Below, piece after piece: positions 37,602 through 50,718 of a stretch of 64,000 bases of DNA. A program made the translations under genes and the position numbers. The notes beneath the pieces are model-generated. The model was given only the letters and a program-made list of their open reading frames with translations, was not told where the DNA came from and did not search any database. The stretch is taken from contig OZ260662.1 of NCBI GenBank assembly GCA_965285935.1, forward strand, positions 89,032,001 through 89,096,000, in the 5' to 3' direction. This stretch comes from Ophelia neglecta. Taxonomy: Eukaryota. Each line of letters begins with the position of its first letter. Position 1 is the stretch's first letter.

Positions 37602-40512
37602 TTAGCGCCGTTCATTCATTAGTAATCCTAATTCTATGTCATCTATGTCAGCTAAGTCAGTAGCCAATGTTCTCCTGACATCAGCGTCAGTCACCGGCGC
37701 CGAGTCGTGAACACATTTTACAGGTGTTTCCGTACCCGAGTCTTCTGCTAAGTCTGTCTCCCTGTCGCTCATTCCACCCATGAAGGGTAAGGTTAGATTT
37801 CGGGCACACTCTTGGTCAATGTTATAAAGGGGGTCGGAGCTCTGGTAGCCTTGACTGCCATAAGGACTGCCTCTGACCGATGACGAAACATGATTTGGCG
37901 GTCGCCATCGTTCAACTTCAGTGGGCGCCAACTCGTGTAAACCTTGCCTCCGGGCTGCACTCCTAGGATTTTTGCGGTCCAAAGTTGCTATAGCTGCTCT
38001 ATAGTCCTCTTCATCTACATTGGTCTCACTTTCACATTGAGGGAACACTACATCAGATTCACTCCTGCTGTGATGCCTACCAAGCCACGGTCTAAACTGC
38101 GGGTTAGAAGACGCCACAAAGGGCCCACTGTTCTCCTCTGGTGATGTTGGGACTACCTCGTTTGGCACATGCTCATTATTGTAAAGATTACAGCGTGGAA
38201 GTGAATAGTCCCCATTGCCAGCTGCCAAACGTGCAGAGCTATGACAGTTGGATTCTGAAGCAATCATTGATGTTCTAGTCTTCCCTTAAAATAATATACA
38301 TATCAATATGTATCTTTGCAGTTCTCAAATTTTTAGCATTACATGCCAAAAATCAATTCCGCTATTATATTTATTCAATATAATAATCACAGGAAACATT
38401 ATTACTATTAATTAATATCAGTTTACGTAAATCTATTTACTTACTCCTTTTTCTCCTCTTGTTTTTAATTGCTACTATCGCCACGATAATTCCGACGACA
38501 ATGAGAATACATATTATTCCCCCGACCACAATATGCCAAGTTTGGACCGTCTGCTTGTCATGAGTAGCCAGCGGGGATGGTTCATCCGTCGGTTTGAGTG
38601 CTATGCGTTTCAGATAAACATCTGTCGAGAAATGGCTTTACATAACATGACCGGTTGCGCTAACGTAACATCAACAAGCTCAAAATGTATCGAATAGCAT
38701 GACTTCCACATTACACATTATCAAAGAAACAATCAAACTGACTTTTACTTGAAAACCTAGTAAATGGATATCAATTTCGAGAATCTGGGCACTTACCGGG
38801 GCATTCTCGTTCGCATTCCTTCTGAGTATCTCGGACCGGGTCGCATATCTCACTGCACTGATGGCATTTTTGGGTGACTATAAAACAATGATGAAACGAG
38901 TGATCAAAAATTACATATTAATTATGAAAATTGAAACCCTGTTAAGCAAGCTACCAGTGATACCGAATTGATTGTAGACAAATACCATTCAACTCCATTC
39001 AGACACAGTGAGTAAGGAAACTAGGGAGGTGGCATTGGACAGAGGAATCATTCTTATGGTAAGGGGGAGGGCCATTTGAAGTTCAGGCGATGAATTTATG
39101 TTAAATAGTACCCAATATACATCCCAAACCAACAGCCAGTAACGTTGGTTTAACACGGGATATGCATGAACCATTCTTCCCTCACTACGCATGCGCGACC
39201 CAATTAGTCAATAGCTTCATTGCCACAGCCTTGGCGGTAATGCCTGCAGCGTGACATTCAGTGAATGTAAGTGGGTGTCATGTATTGTTTTTGTTGAAAT
39301 TACAAATGGCGTTTGCCTTCAAACGCGGTTAGGGATGGCGAACGTGCGTGGGCATCATGCAGTCAACAATGATAAGACTGGCTCAACTTTAAGGGTAACT
39401 ACTTGCCAAACCCCTAATCTAACGTTTACTGCTCTATCTTTAAAGCACTTAAGACATGTTATATGTTAGATAAAGTCACAACCATCCAACGCCAACAAGA
39501 GTGATCAGTAGTTTTACTTTTATAATGCTCTGCATTAATTTGGCCTTATAAAAGAACTAGATAAAGTCACAACCATCCAATGTCAACTAGAATGATCAGT
39601 AGTTTTACATTTATAATGCTCTGCATAAATTTGGCCTTAAGAACTACTTCACAAAGATGCCAACAAAATGGTGAAACCTGGTAACCTCGGGTGACTAGCG
39701 AATGGCCGGCAACATGGTAGCACCACAACATGATAACGTGAGTCTTTTAACATAATAGTTGGGAAATTTGATTTAAAAAAAAATATCAGTAAAAGGGCTT
39801 TGATTGGCCAAGCGTTACCGGATGTACAAGAAGGCCCTGGCAGATAAGTGCATGTGCCGTCATGTTATCTTTTTTATAGCCTTTGTAAATTCCTAACCAG
39901 GCGATTCTAATCGAATATATACCACATTATTATAGGGAAAGGGATAAGATAGTAAAGGTTTCTGTCCGACGGTTGTGTAATTGCTGAATAAATCAGTTAA
40001 TCTGTTATACCCTATTGGTAGATACTAGATAGCAAGAAAAAATTCTGATCAGATTCAGTTTTTCTTGAAAGTGTTTTTTGAAAGTACGTCACCAGTGGAA
40101 AAGAATGTAAATTTATTGATGATCCTGCTTTTTTGCAGCTAAAAAATACCCTGGAAGACCCTACGAAAGTCAGCTGTTGAGACTGAATATAAACAATCCC
40201 ACAAATCTTCAAAGGGGAGGACAAGAATTTGTCTTAAAAATCAACAATCATTGTTTTTATTATCCATGACTATTGTTCTATTCACCCACAGTTTTTATCT
40301 AATAACTGAGGATTAGTGGTAAATAATTCTCAGACTATTGAATAGAATTTCATCACCGTTGTGTTTTATCATATGATTTTGCCAATATAAATAAAGAGTC
40401 TACCTTTGTCTATGTACTTATCCGGTCCAACACACTCTCCCGCGAGCCGCCCTGTCAACACCAGGAGGCCTAGACTTACATACAACCCGCCATGTTCCCC
40501 TCTGTGAGACAC
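37602..40512 (-). CDS. Single-CRD TNF-receptor-like type I membrane protein (BCMA/TACI/Grindelwald-like)
   Basis: Exons 40512-40404, 38877-38797, 38621-38445, 38284-37602 (GT-AG, phase 1, frame consistent). They give LYVSLGLLVLTGRLAG, then ECVGPDKYIDKVTQKCHQCSEICDPVRDTQKECERECP, TM WHIVVGGIICILIVVGIIVAIVAI, KNKRRKRRK and a ~230-aa tail. Start codon unresolved. Confidence 0.8.
39467..39646. repeat. Two-copy ~91-bp tandem duplication (intronic)
   Basis: tagataaagtcacaaccatccaa...ataatgctctgcat.aatttggcctta starts at 39467 and again at 39558. Confidence 0.9.
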
Positions 40513-41029
40513 CTGTGAAAGGAAAGAACACAGTATATAAACAAACAAAAATACTTCTTAAGCACAAGGCACCTGTTAAATAAATGCAAGTACCCATGGG
40601 TATAAAAGATGGCCGACCATATCAGTTAGTTCGCGCCAGCTGAGAGTAACGGCATCGCCCACATTATTATATTCATTTTATGTTTAAGTTAAATGTTGTT
40701 TCTATTGCATAAAGCATTAAACTATAGCCCATCGACCTTACATAGAGTCAAGAAGTGCCCGTGGTCACTATACATACATACAAAATAGTACCGATACACA
40801 AGGCCACCAGTGAACCCGGAAGAGAACTTAAATAACTCCGGACAGAAGTATACAAACAACTGACATAAAGCAAAAACAAAAAATAAATGAATAGGTAAAC
40901 CATACAGCAATACACGTCTGCAAAGCTAGCAAATAAACTAGAAAACAAGCACCTCAAAGTCATAAATTAGCGTAATCATACAGCTAGACTAAGATAGGGT
41001 GACTGGTAGAGTATCAAAGCATGAAATAC

Positions 41030-41676
41030 AATTTACAATTTATTTATTTTATATAGCGCCAATTCAACAGTATAAATGTTATCAGAGGACGCTTTACAGA
41101 ACATAAGATGAATAAAACTTATATGTAGACACAGTAACACATTAAAACATTTTGAACAGGTGGGTCTACAATTTACGTTTAAAAACTTCAAAATCCGTGA
41201 TGACTCTGAGATCGCGAGGTAAGTTATTCCACAATTTAGGACCTTAAACACTAAAGGCTCGATCGGCAAAGGTGTTGTGTTTCGTGAATGGAATATGCAG
41301 GATTAATTCTTGGCATTCAGAGCGTAAACCTGATCTTACAGTTTGTTTCAATTTTATCAATTCAGAAAGGTATTTTGGAGCTTGGCCGTGAATGCTCTTG
41401 AAAACAAGGGTCAGAATTTTGTGCTGTATCCGTAGATTAATAGGCAGCCAATGTTAAGTTTAAGGTGTGTCTCTGCTACTGTCAAATTTACCTGCTCCCA
41501 TAATGACCTTAGCTGTCATGTTCTGGATTCTCTGTAACTTTCTTACATCTATGTCGGGAAGGCCAGCGTAGAGGGCATTAGTATGTAACTTTCTTACATC
41601 TACGTCGGGAAGGCCAGCGTAGAGGGCATTAGTATAATCCAAGTGTGATATTACCAGACCAAGTACAGACGTCTCC
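41030..41676 (-). mobile_element. 5'-truncated L2-clade LINE (ORF2 C-terminus and 3'UTR)
   Basis: LVISHLDYTNALYAGLP..KLQRIQN, HWLPI..RIQHKIL.LVFK..HG.APKYL, RAFS..PKLWN.LP. Contains an in-frame 51-bp tandem duplication at 41533-41635. Confidence 0.88.
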
Positions 41677-42028
41677 AAACCCCAGAGAACATAGTAAATT
41701 CATAACATAGCCAACCCAGTTCTTCCTGCCTCGAGCTGCGTCTTCAAGAAGAATATTATATACTTTACTTATAATAACTTATATAACGCGCTGGTCCAAC
41801 AGTGAGAACTCTAACTCTGAGAACGTCTAACCTTCATCAAGCGCTAACAGAACTGTCTTGGAGATCCCCATATATATCTATGCCACACAGGTCGGCTCAC
41901 TGCGTAGGACTATTTTGATTTAGTTTAGTGAAACAAATTCCCAGCACACTAAGCGCAGTGCCCCGGTAGTTATTCAAAGAACTATAACGTCACCGCCCGG
42001 TTAAATGTTTGATCAGGTCTACTCATTA

Positions 42029-42447
42029 AGTAGGCGAAGGAGGTAAAGTCAAAGTGAGGGGGCCAACTTTACATCGGCGGCATAAAAGGCGGGGGGGGGG
42101 GGGGCAAAAACTATAATGCCCCCCCCCCGCCGCCCCCCCCCCCCCGCTTCGTATGCATTGTACATTGATTTTTACATGCTAAAAAACATTGAATAAATTC
42201 AATTATTGGGTATTGGGTATGTAATTGGTTTGTAAATAACCTGCCCACAGGTAACTATATGATTATGGTCAAGCCAACTGAGGACAGACGCTTCTGACCA
42301 CTGCTGCATTGCACCATTTTGAGAGGGAAAAAAGTAAGAGGGTCATCATTAAGAAGTGGGGGGGGGGGGGGCAACAAATATGATGGCCCCCCATTTTTTG
42401 AAGTGGGGGGGGGGGCATGTCCCCCCCCCCCGCTTCCTACGCCACTG
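42029..42447. mobile_element. Uninterrupted copy of the 29407-30988 MITE family
   Basis: Colinear homology (aaagtgagg.ggccaactttacatc; acctgcccacaggtaactatatgattatggtcaagcc; cttcctacgccactg end). Probable TSD catta/cacta with 1 mismatch. Confidence 0.85.
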
Positions 42448-42649
42448 CACTATAGTGTTCCTCTTGCGCGTTATGTCTCCAGGAGAGGGGGGGGGGATTC
42501 TGTTTCAAGAAGGGGTGGGGGGGGGGGGTATTTGTCTATTTATAAATACTTCTGGTTCTTTCCAGTCACCTTTATTTCTTTTTGTTTTAATTTTAATATA
42601 AAAAGTAAGGCATCTTAGCAATTTTTTTCTTAGCGAAGAAGGTTCTTTT

Positions 42650-43200
42650 AAATAACCAATATGCCTTAATGCTAAATAATAATGGATTTAAAGGAACTGT
42701 CAAGACTGATGTGGAGTAATTTAGACATAGGAATATTCTATGGCCTTGAACTTTATTATAAATATGGCATATAGCCCCGCAGCTGGTAATATGTTTTCCC
42801 TTTTCTTCGAAGTTGACGTGAAGTCCTAGGACTACGCATTACTCGCTACCAACAACATACAATGGTGGGCGGGAGCTGTGCGTAGGGATCCTTACCGGTG
42901 CTACGAAGGAAAGCAATATGAGAAGCTCATTAACTAGCTTTGTCATTGAAAGATATTGAACCGCTGGGGGTTCTTCGTTTTTTCCCAAGGGCCTTGAGAC
43001 AAAACCTAACCTCATATTGTCTTCACATAAATTTAGCACATAATAAGTTCCTTGGGGGCTATAAGAAAAAAATGTTTAAGGAATTTGTCAACTTTTGGTG
43101 AAGTATGTCCATGATTCTTGTGTTAAAGAAATCCATGTTAAATTCAAACGAATTAGCACAAGATAGCATTTTTTACTTCTCCAGCTGGTTCATTTTTCCA
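42650..43200 (+). pseudogene. Decayed leucine-rich-repeat gene fragment
   Basis: YALMLNNNGF (42660), LLATNNI, LHINLAHNKF..KKMFKEFVNF (43021) and LKKSMLNSNEL show LxxLxLxxNxL-type spacing, with intervening stops. Confidence 0.4.
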
Positions 43201-43739
43201 ACAAGTCATCGCCCCATGTGATAACATTAAAACATCAAAATAAGAGTCCAATACCACCTGGTATACCTATAACAACCTGTATAATCTTATAAAAGGATGG
43301 CTCCAACTGTCCGGTCAATGTAGACGGTGCTAGTTCTGTCACCATTCATTCTGGTGGTTAGATATGATTTTACCATTGGACAATCTTATCAAGATACGCC
43401 AACAGGGAGCAGCACACTTTCATATGTCTTGTCACCATTATCCCAAACAAACACATGAGCAGCGCACTACCAGATAGTCGAATCAAAATAGACATTGATG
43501 TGCTTTTGCCGCTACTAAAACATTCTCAATCCGGAAGTCGGTAAGTTTTGTGTGTACCTTAAATATTCACAGGTACGCGAGACGCCTACCCGCTGCTACT
43601 TATGTATGCTAAGTTATACATAAGTAGAAGTAGACAGGTGCCTCCCGTACCTGTGCAGCCAATGACTATCTAATAGTCAAACAAAGCACATAGCCTACTT
43701 CTTGACATAATATACAGCATATTTGTTTAAATATTTAAT

Positions 43740-45970
43740 GTCAGGCAAAGCTAGCATTTTAATGCCCACAGTCCCATTCTAGTTTTAATCGTTCTTGCGC
43801 AATACATGGTCTGCACGAACTGCATGCCTATAAGAGGGTCCTTCATTGCAAAGCATTGGTTAGTCGTTGTACGCATATACCACGGCATTGTTTGTCGAGT
43901 TGAAATTATCCCTCTTACCAAATATGATTATTTTGACAAAGTTCTAAGAATAATGTGTCTCTAACTAATACTTCTGTTATGGCGCGTGATGTTCAGGGTA
44001 AATATATACTTAGTTCATCTTAGTCTATTAATAAACATTCAAACATGGCTGTCCCGATAATAAATATGTTTAAACCAAATATGGCTGTCATTGCACCTGC
44101 ACCGTCATTGTTGTTACTTTTATTAATACTCTACTTAGATGGTCCATTAATACAACTTATACAAAATGTCATTTGGGCCGCTTTTGCTTCAGTGCGGCGA
44201 CTACCTCCACGCAGTGTTTACACAGACTATTACACACTATAGAGGAAAATACTATCGTCATGGCTGTAATACAATCATGCACTAATCCCGAGTGTCTACT
44301 CAAAAATTATCAACATTTTACAAGTCCAGTAGCACTTGGATTAAGAACATTTCATATTATTTGGACAACTAAAAAGTCTAGGTTAATATACGAACGAATA
44401 TAATAAATAAATCAAGGTTCGATATAAAACGTATAAACTTTGCGATTGGAGCTAGATTTTTATATGGGGAAGCTGAGCTATAGGAGGCCATCTTGCATAG
44501 CATACGAATGAAATTCATTATATTGTTAAGTCTTTATAAAAATGTATATACCCCCCACCCACTAGGTAGGTATTATGCTTTATAACGCAGGTAGGGTATT
44601 TAACTTGACCAGTTTAGTGAGTGGAAGTCACGTGTCCTGGATGTGATATATTGTACTTTTCCGGGACAATTATGGAGATCTATGTTATTGTTGAACCATG
44701 TACACTCTGTGTATATATAGGCCTATATATACAGTACAATCTTTCTTTGTGGTCACCTGTGCAAAAAAATGTCACCTGCCAACAAAGGTCACTAAATAAT
44801 AGCCCAACCCCATATATGCCTGCGCTAACTGACCTGCCTATTAAGGTCCCCTGTAATGTGGTCAGTTTTTTCAAGTTCCTTTACTGACATGATGAGACGG
44901 ACCGCCTTCATAGTACTAGGCCTATAAGTGCTGACATTACTGATGTTTTAAGGCACGCTTACCACGACGATGCAGGCTTAACGGCTGCTCGGCCTAGTAA
45001 CATAATAAGCCTCGACTAGTAACACATTAAGGGGGCGACGGGTGGTACATTTTAGTTCACTTAGTTAGCTTACACTGTTAGTTTTTACAAACTCTCTCTA
45101 CCCGCTAGTGAATCAACACGTATACATCTCCGACCGGTAAACTTAAAGCCACGATGGTGTTGCATGATAGACAAAATGTGCTTATATTTGCAATGGTTAG
45201 GAATTCTCCATAATTGTCTACTTTGTTGTTTTGATATTTATTGTAACAACACCTACCAAACAAGCTTTTTAGAAGTATATGTAACATGTTTACCTTGATG
45301 CGTTTACTGGGATGATGAGTCATGGAGCTAAACTGAGGCTTCACTTCTTAAAGGTCCCCGGTTCGGGCTTGTCACAATCTACCGATTTTTAGTATGACAA
45401 GCTTACAGGTACGGACACTGCATATACAACAACTATGGCACAATCACATTTACCAGCGTCTGTTAGTCCAGATATGACAGATATTCCACAACTGGAGATG
45501 AACTATTACCAATGCAACGGAGTAAATATTTCCCTTCACCTACACGCCTCCACAAGTAGGTTATTAAGGTCTTTCCTGTGACATTATTACGTTGTGGCCC
45601 GTGGGAAATCCCGAAATGCCAAAAATATAATTTCATGCTAAATAATGAGAGGCGTCATCTGGCGAATATTATGAAAATTATTATCAGAATATCAGAAAGA
45701 AAACTGCTCTAAATAGTAGTAATGAAAGGCAGGACTACTTTCATTCAAATGTAAAAATAATCCGGCACGAGCAATTTGAGTATGATACGCAAGGGTATCG
45801 TTTGTTGTACTGAAACAAATTATACAATTTCTAACCGAGCATTCTTCTGAGTAATAACTATGGCGAAGGGAATGCTGACGTATGAATGTGGGTATTCGAA
45901 CCAAGTCCCGTCCATGCACCAGTACAAAAACGGCAGAACTGAGGATTAAATCAACTAAAATTCTTTTCAT
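43740..45970 (-). pseudogene. Decayed intronless Toll-like-receptor-like gene
   Basis: Signal-peptide-like MKRILVDLILSSAVFVLVHG; LRR-like LAFRDFP, EIFTPL, VSLSY*K..EPGTF, ISTFCLSCNTI; a hydrophobic segment at ~44230-44280; TIR-like GLNI/YYRD, RHIIL..LSK, LEW. Order is consistent with a TLR. Confidence 0.4.
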
Positions 45971-47979
45971 TATAAAGTGTGTATAACAATGTCATATTTG
46001 TATGTTATATTAACCGATCCCTAGTTAACAGACAGCGAGAGGGGGGGGGGGGAGTAATCAAGCACCGCAATATTATCCCGGCCACACACACACACTCGCG
46101 ATTTTTTGCCGTTGTTGCTAAAGTTTACCTGGTTTAGATTTTGACCACATCACAATAAGAGACAGACATTTTGCTTTATTTTGGTTGAAATACTGCATAT
46201 ACATGTACATTTTATTTGCAACTGGAACAAGGCCTTCACGAATGAGAAGGGTATTTCTCCGAACGCCCCGAGAGACATTTGCCACAGCTACCCCTGGTGG
46301 CATAATTTGTAACTCAAACATGCATGTCAATATCAATCTTCACAAAACAAAATTTGGCTTTGGTTTGACAGGATACCATCAAACGGTTATAGAGACATAG
46401 CAAAAAACGTAAAATTGCAACAATGAAGCTCCTCCTGGCAAAATATCCATCAATGGCGCTTTTACGTACAGTCTATAAGTCAAGCATATTACCCAATATA
46501 ATCTACAATATAAAGTTGCATTGTCCTTTAATATGCAAATTAATCGGAGTCGGTTTTCCGGTCTGAACCGTCTGTGGAAGTGAATAGTTACCTAGTAAAC
46601 ATAACAAGCAGTATCTGCATAGGATATTATGTGTCTTTTACGATTGTTTTATATCTAATTGGTTGAACATAGCAAACGTTTCTCTCTGTGTCTCTGTACG
46701 TATATCCACACCAATACTGCTTACATGCGTCTAGGAGTATTTTTAGCCTCCTCAAGGGGCTACAAACTAGTGTCTAGGCCAAATAGCAAAATAAGTAGCT
46801 GAAGATGGTATACTTAACTTCTTCTCAGTTAATTGCTCTAATTTAATATAATTGTACAGGATTCATGAATACATTGACAAACGATGAGGCCTTGGCACGG
46901 TGGCCCAGGTGCTTCTGGGTAATTTACCAAACAAAAGCCAACAATCTCGAGGGAGTTTGATATAATGTGTCTACGTATTTGAGGCATAATGCCGTTCATT
47001 CGTTGGTAAAATCATAAGAGTCTCATAGCTATCCTCAGAGATATAATGCGTAATAGTGGCCGGATATAGAATTGGCCGCCATTTTCTCGACTTTTCCCGT
47101 TTTCCCAAGGTCGATATAGATTTCCACACTTTTTCCCCACATTGTGCCACTTTTAATTTTTCAATCCACTTGTTACTCTTTTGTTATTTCTTTTACTATT
47201 GTCTTGGCCAACATTTATTCGCGCCTTGCGAAACTGACTCTCACTTAAAGTGAGAGATAAAACTTAAGATGAACCCCAGCATTCTTGGATTTGTTGGTGC
47301 ATATGGGGAAGGCGACCCCCCCCCCCCCCCCCTCCTTAGGAAATTAAGTGGGACGTCGATCATGGGTTTACGCCATCTACAACACACGTGCAAAGGCAAC
47401 CTTTAAGTATTTGGCCTGACGGTTTTGGTAAAACATACCGAAATTGCAATTTTTCTGTTTCTAATTTTGTTTTTCAGTATTAGGATAGTGCATTGGATAG
47501 TGTTATGGTAACCACACTGCTTTTTCAAGTGTACACTTGATATCATTTATTTAGCTAGATCTTTAACTCAAAGGTGGGTATTATAAGCACACGCGGGTTC
47601 ACGCCCTATATATATCGTCAATCGTATAGTGATTTACAATGGACATAAAACCTAGTTTTATGTTGTACTTGACGAGAAATAGGGAATATATTAACATTAT
47701 TATAAACATTATTTAATCGGGATCGGGGGCCTTGAAAATTAGTGTTTCACAGAGGGGGATGGGGGTGGGGAATTTTTTTGAGGAACACTAATTGTAGAAC
47801 CCCCCCCCCCCCCCACTTCAGTGATGATTTCTTACTTGTCCCGTAGAGCCATCAGACCTGAACGTTTTATGAAAGTTCAAGAAGTATTCTTGGTATTCCT
47901 TATTATTTATATTTATAACAGAGTGTCAATTTTGATCTTTGTTGCTTTTCCAGAAGCTTCTCTTTTTGTATAATTACTG

Positions 47980-48300
47980 GTAAAAGGCACAAGTGGAAGA
48001 ATAAGTTTAAACATCCATACAATAGAAATCAACACTATTACCATTCAGCAATGTCTGACTCAATGCAACTATATTCAATTTATGAACAAGAGATTCTGGA
48101 TAACATTGGACGTTTTTATGGATTTGAAGCACGCAATACGCATGATTGGCAAACTGCAATCATGGACTGACGCAGCAAACATTCGGCTTAAAAGTGTCCT
48201 CAAAGATATATTCACAACTCAAGAGGGGGTAACAAGAGGGAATTGTTTGAAAGGAGGAAGTGAAATTACTATCTTTAGTATCTGGCTCAATATCTGACAG
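47980..48300 (+). mobile_element. Old LINE reverse-transcriptase remnant
   Basis: IRLKSVLKDIFTTQEGVTRGNCL resembles F...GVRQG..LSP. Confidence 0.45.
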
Positions 48301-50718
48301 TGCAGACAAGATCGGCGTATAGTACCCTTCCTGATCTATCGTCGTATATTCTAGGCAGTTGTTATTTTCAATTTGTAACATGTATTCCCCTGTAAACTTC
48401 AATTTTTATGGTTGCAATTATAATAAACGTATCTTATCCTATCTTAACTAGAATTTGAGACATAACGATTTGGTCGTGATTGAACCATCGACTGTACAGA
48501 TAGGCCTACGCTCTTCAACAATGATATTTTCAAAAGAGGAAAATATCATGACGCGCTGAACTTTTGTTTTGAATCCCTTTCTATGTATACAGAAACTTGG
48601 CTTACGATGAGTGAAATACATGTAGGACTAATATGGTAGTAGGCCTATTAAGTGTTTACCATGCAGTTAGCACATTGAATGTAATGATCATGGCTCACAA
48701 TATATATTGAGCATATAATACAGTTCTTCAGCACTGTATGCCCTACAGCATCACGTTTTTAGATGTTGTGTCAAAATGGAAAAAAAAACCCAAACAATAA
48801 ACTAGGAAAATAAATTATAAAGCATCATTTTAGACCTTTATAATGAGAATCAGAGAATGAGAGGCAGCCTGAGTACCGGTAGAGGTGCTCCTTGACTATA
48901 GTTGGCAGTGCTCCAGTTTCGCACACAACAAACGCACACGATTCATACCAGGCATGACATTAAGAGCAAAGCCTACTTCCGCAATTACTTTTGGTCATTT
49001 ATTAACGAATCTGGAATCACGAAAGATTGTGATGAATCAGCCACTTGCGGGATCGTGGTCCCGGGCGTGGTGACCACTGTAGAATTTCAATTCGGACAAA
49101 TATATTGACCCAATCGTTAAGTGTACGAATTGACAGATTCAACAATTAAAAAAAAGACTTTTCGGGACATTTTTGCACATCGGATTTATTTCAAAATTAT
49201 TTATGAACTATTGAGCAGTACTTTTGTAATGGATTCACGTTATTTTACGGGTCATAACTTCTTACACTACTAGTGCTTTTGGCTTTCCATTTCCGTTCAT
49301 TACAGTCATTACTGTTACGAATCGCGTGCCTATATTGACTGACAAGTTACGTCAAACAAATCTTATAATCAGATAATATCTATTAAATAAGTGGGAATAT
49401 ATTCCGGTTTTTTCCAGGAAGTTGACTTTTACAATGCTAGTGGGAACTTTTGATTTGGGTCAATTGGGGGAGACCCAAACGTTTGAACATTGGTCACAAT
49501 CTCTTACTTTGTTCTCTGTACACAATCAACGTAGATACTGTTAAAATGTAACACTTAGACAAATGATTGATTGAAAGTGCATACAATCAAACAATTTAAT
49601 TACCAAAATCATTGACCTAAGATTTCCATTCAATATCATGGTAACATTTAATTTTGCAGCATTAAATTAACGTTGAGCAGTTCCGGAGTTGTGGCCACAC
49701 AAATAACAACGTCTGACTAACTGTGTAGAGGTTTGTATCAACTTCCGCCCTCATTACAACGGGGGAAATAACCTAAAACAAACAAGAAATATTCATCGTA
49801 CGTGAAGTAGAAGACAGAGTGTCTGAAGGAGTCATTTGATTGAAATTAAAATCAGAATTAAACACCATAAATATGCTATCAATCAATCAATAGCAATCAA
49901 ACTTCCTGAAGCCGCTCGTAGCCAATTGACCTTTGTCTGACTCGTTTGGCTTTGATACTACTGCGGCATATTAATGATGACAGCTGAATTGGCTGGATTA
50001 ATTATTAGACTAAAATTGCTGACGAAATAAACTCCAACATTAATTTTGTTTTCACTAGGAAAATTGAGTTTAATGGATTTGTCTTTTGTTACGAAAGCCA
50101 GCGATTGAATATAATCATATTTTTATTAAGCATATATACTTTTATGATAAATGCTCGTAGATATGGTGAGGTAGCAAAGACTCTGAGGGTTAAATGACAA
50201 CGCCTCATGAGTATTCCTTCGCATTATAAAGATAAATTGGGAACCCGGAAGATATATTGTAATATGGATAACAGTACCCTTCAGTAAATTTACATTTCTT
50301 ATCTCGTATCTCGCATTTTACTTCGATGACTAGTGCATGCTTGAGTTACAAGTACGGCATATTGTACAGTGTGTTTTGCATTAAAACACGAAGACTTGGT
50401 CCTATTAATTAAGTGTTAAATGCTTGCACACCGTGCAAAGTACCTAGTATAATGAGTGCTCCTTTTTTTTATTATACTTAAAGTCACTGTTTATGGGACA
50501 GTCGTTGTTACACCCAGTACTTCCCAGTGTCAACACTTACGGTGATTATTTTAACTTAATCAGGTAGTTTTGTGAAATAAGTCGAGAGAAGAGTAAGCTT
50601 CTAGAGGTATATATACAGCGGGATTACGAAAAAACGAATAGTCCGTTTCAGCTTGTCAACAAGTAACATTGGTCTTAAAAAACCATTTGTAACACACATT
50701 TGCAAAAAAACACCGGCG

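Noticed and set aside
46118-46160. Candidate upstream ATG exon for the TNFR-like gene (ATG TGG...CCA G|gtaaac)
   Set aside because: The donor is phase 1, while the 40512 exon needs phase 0.
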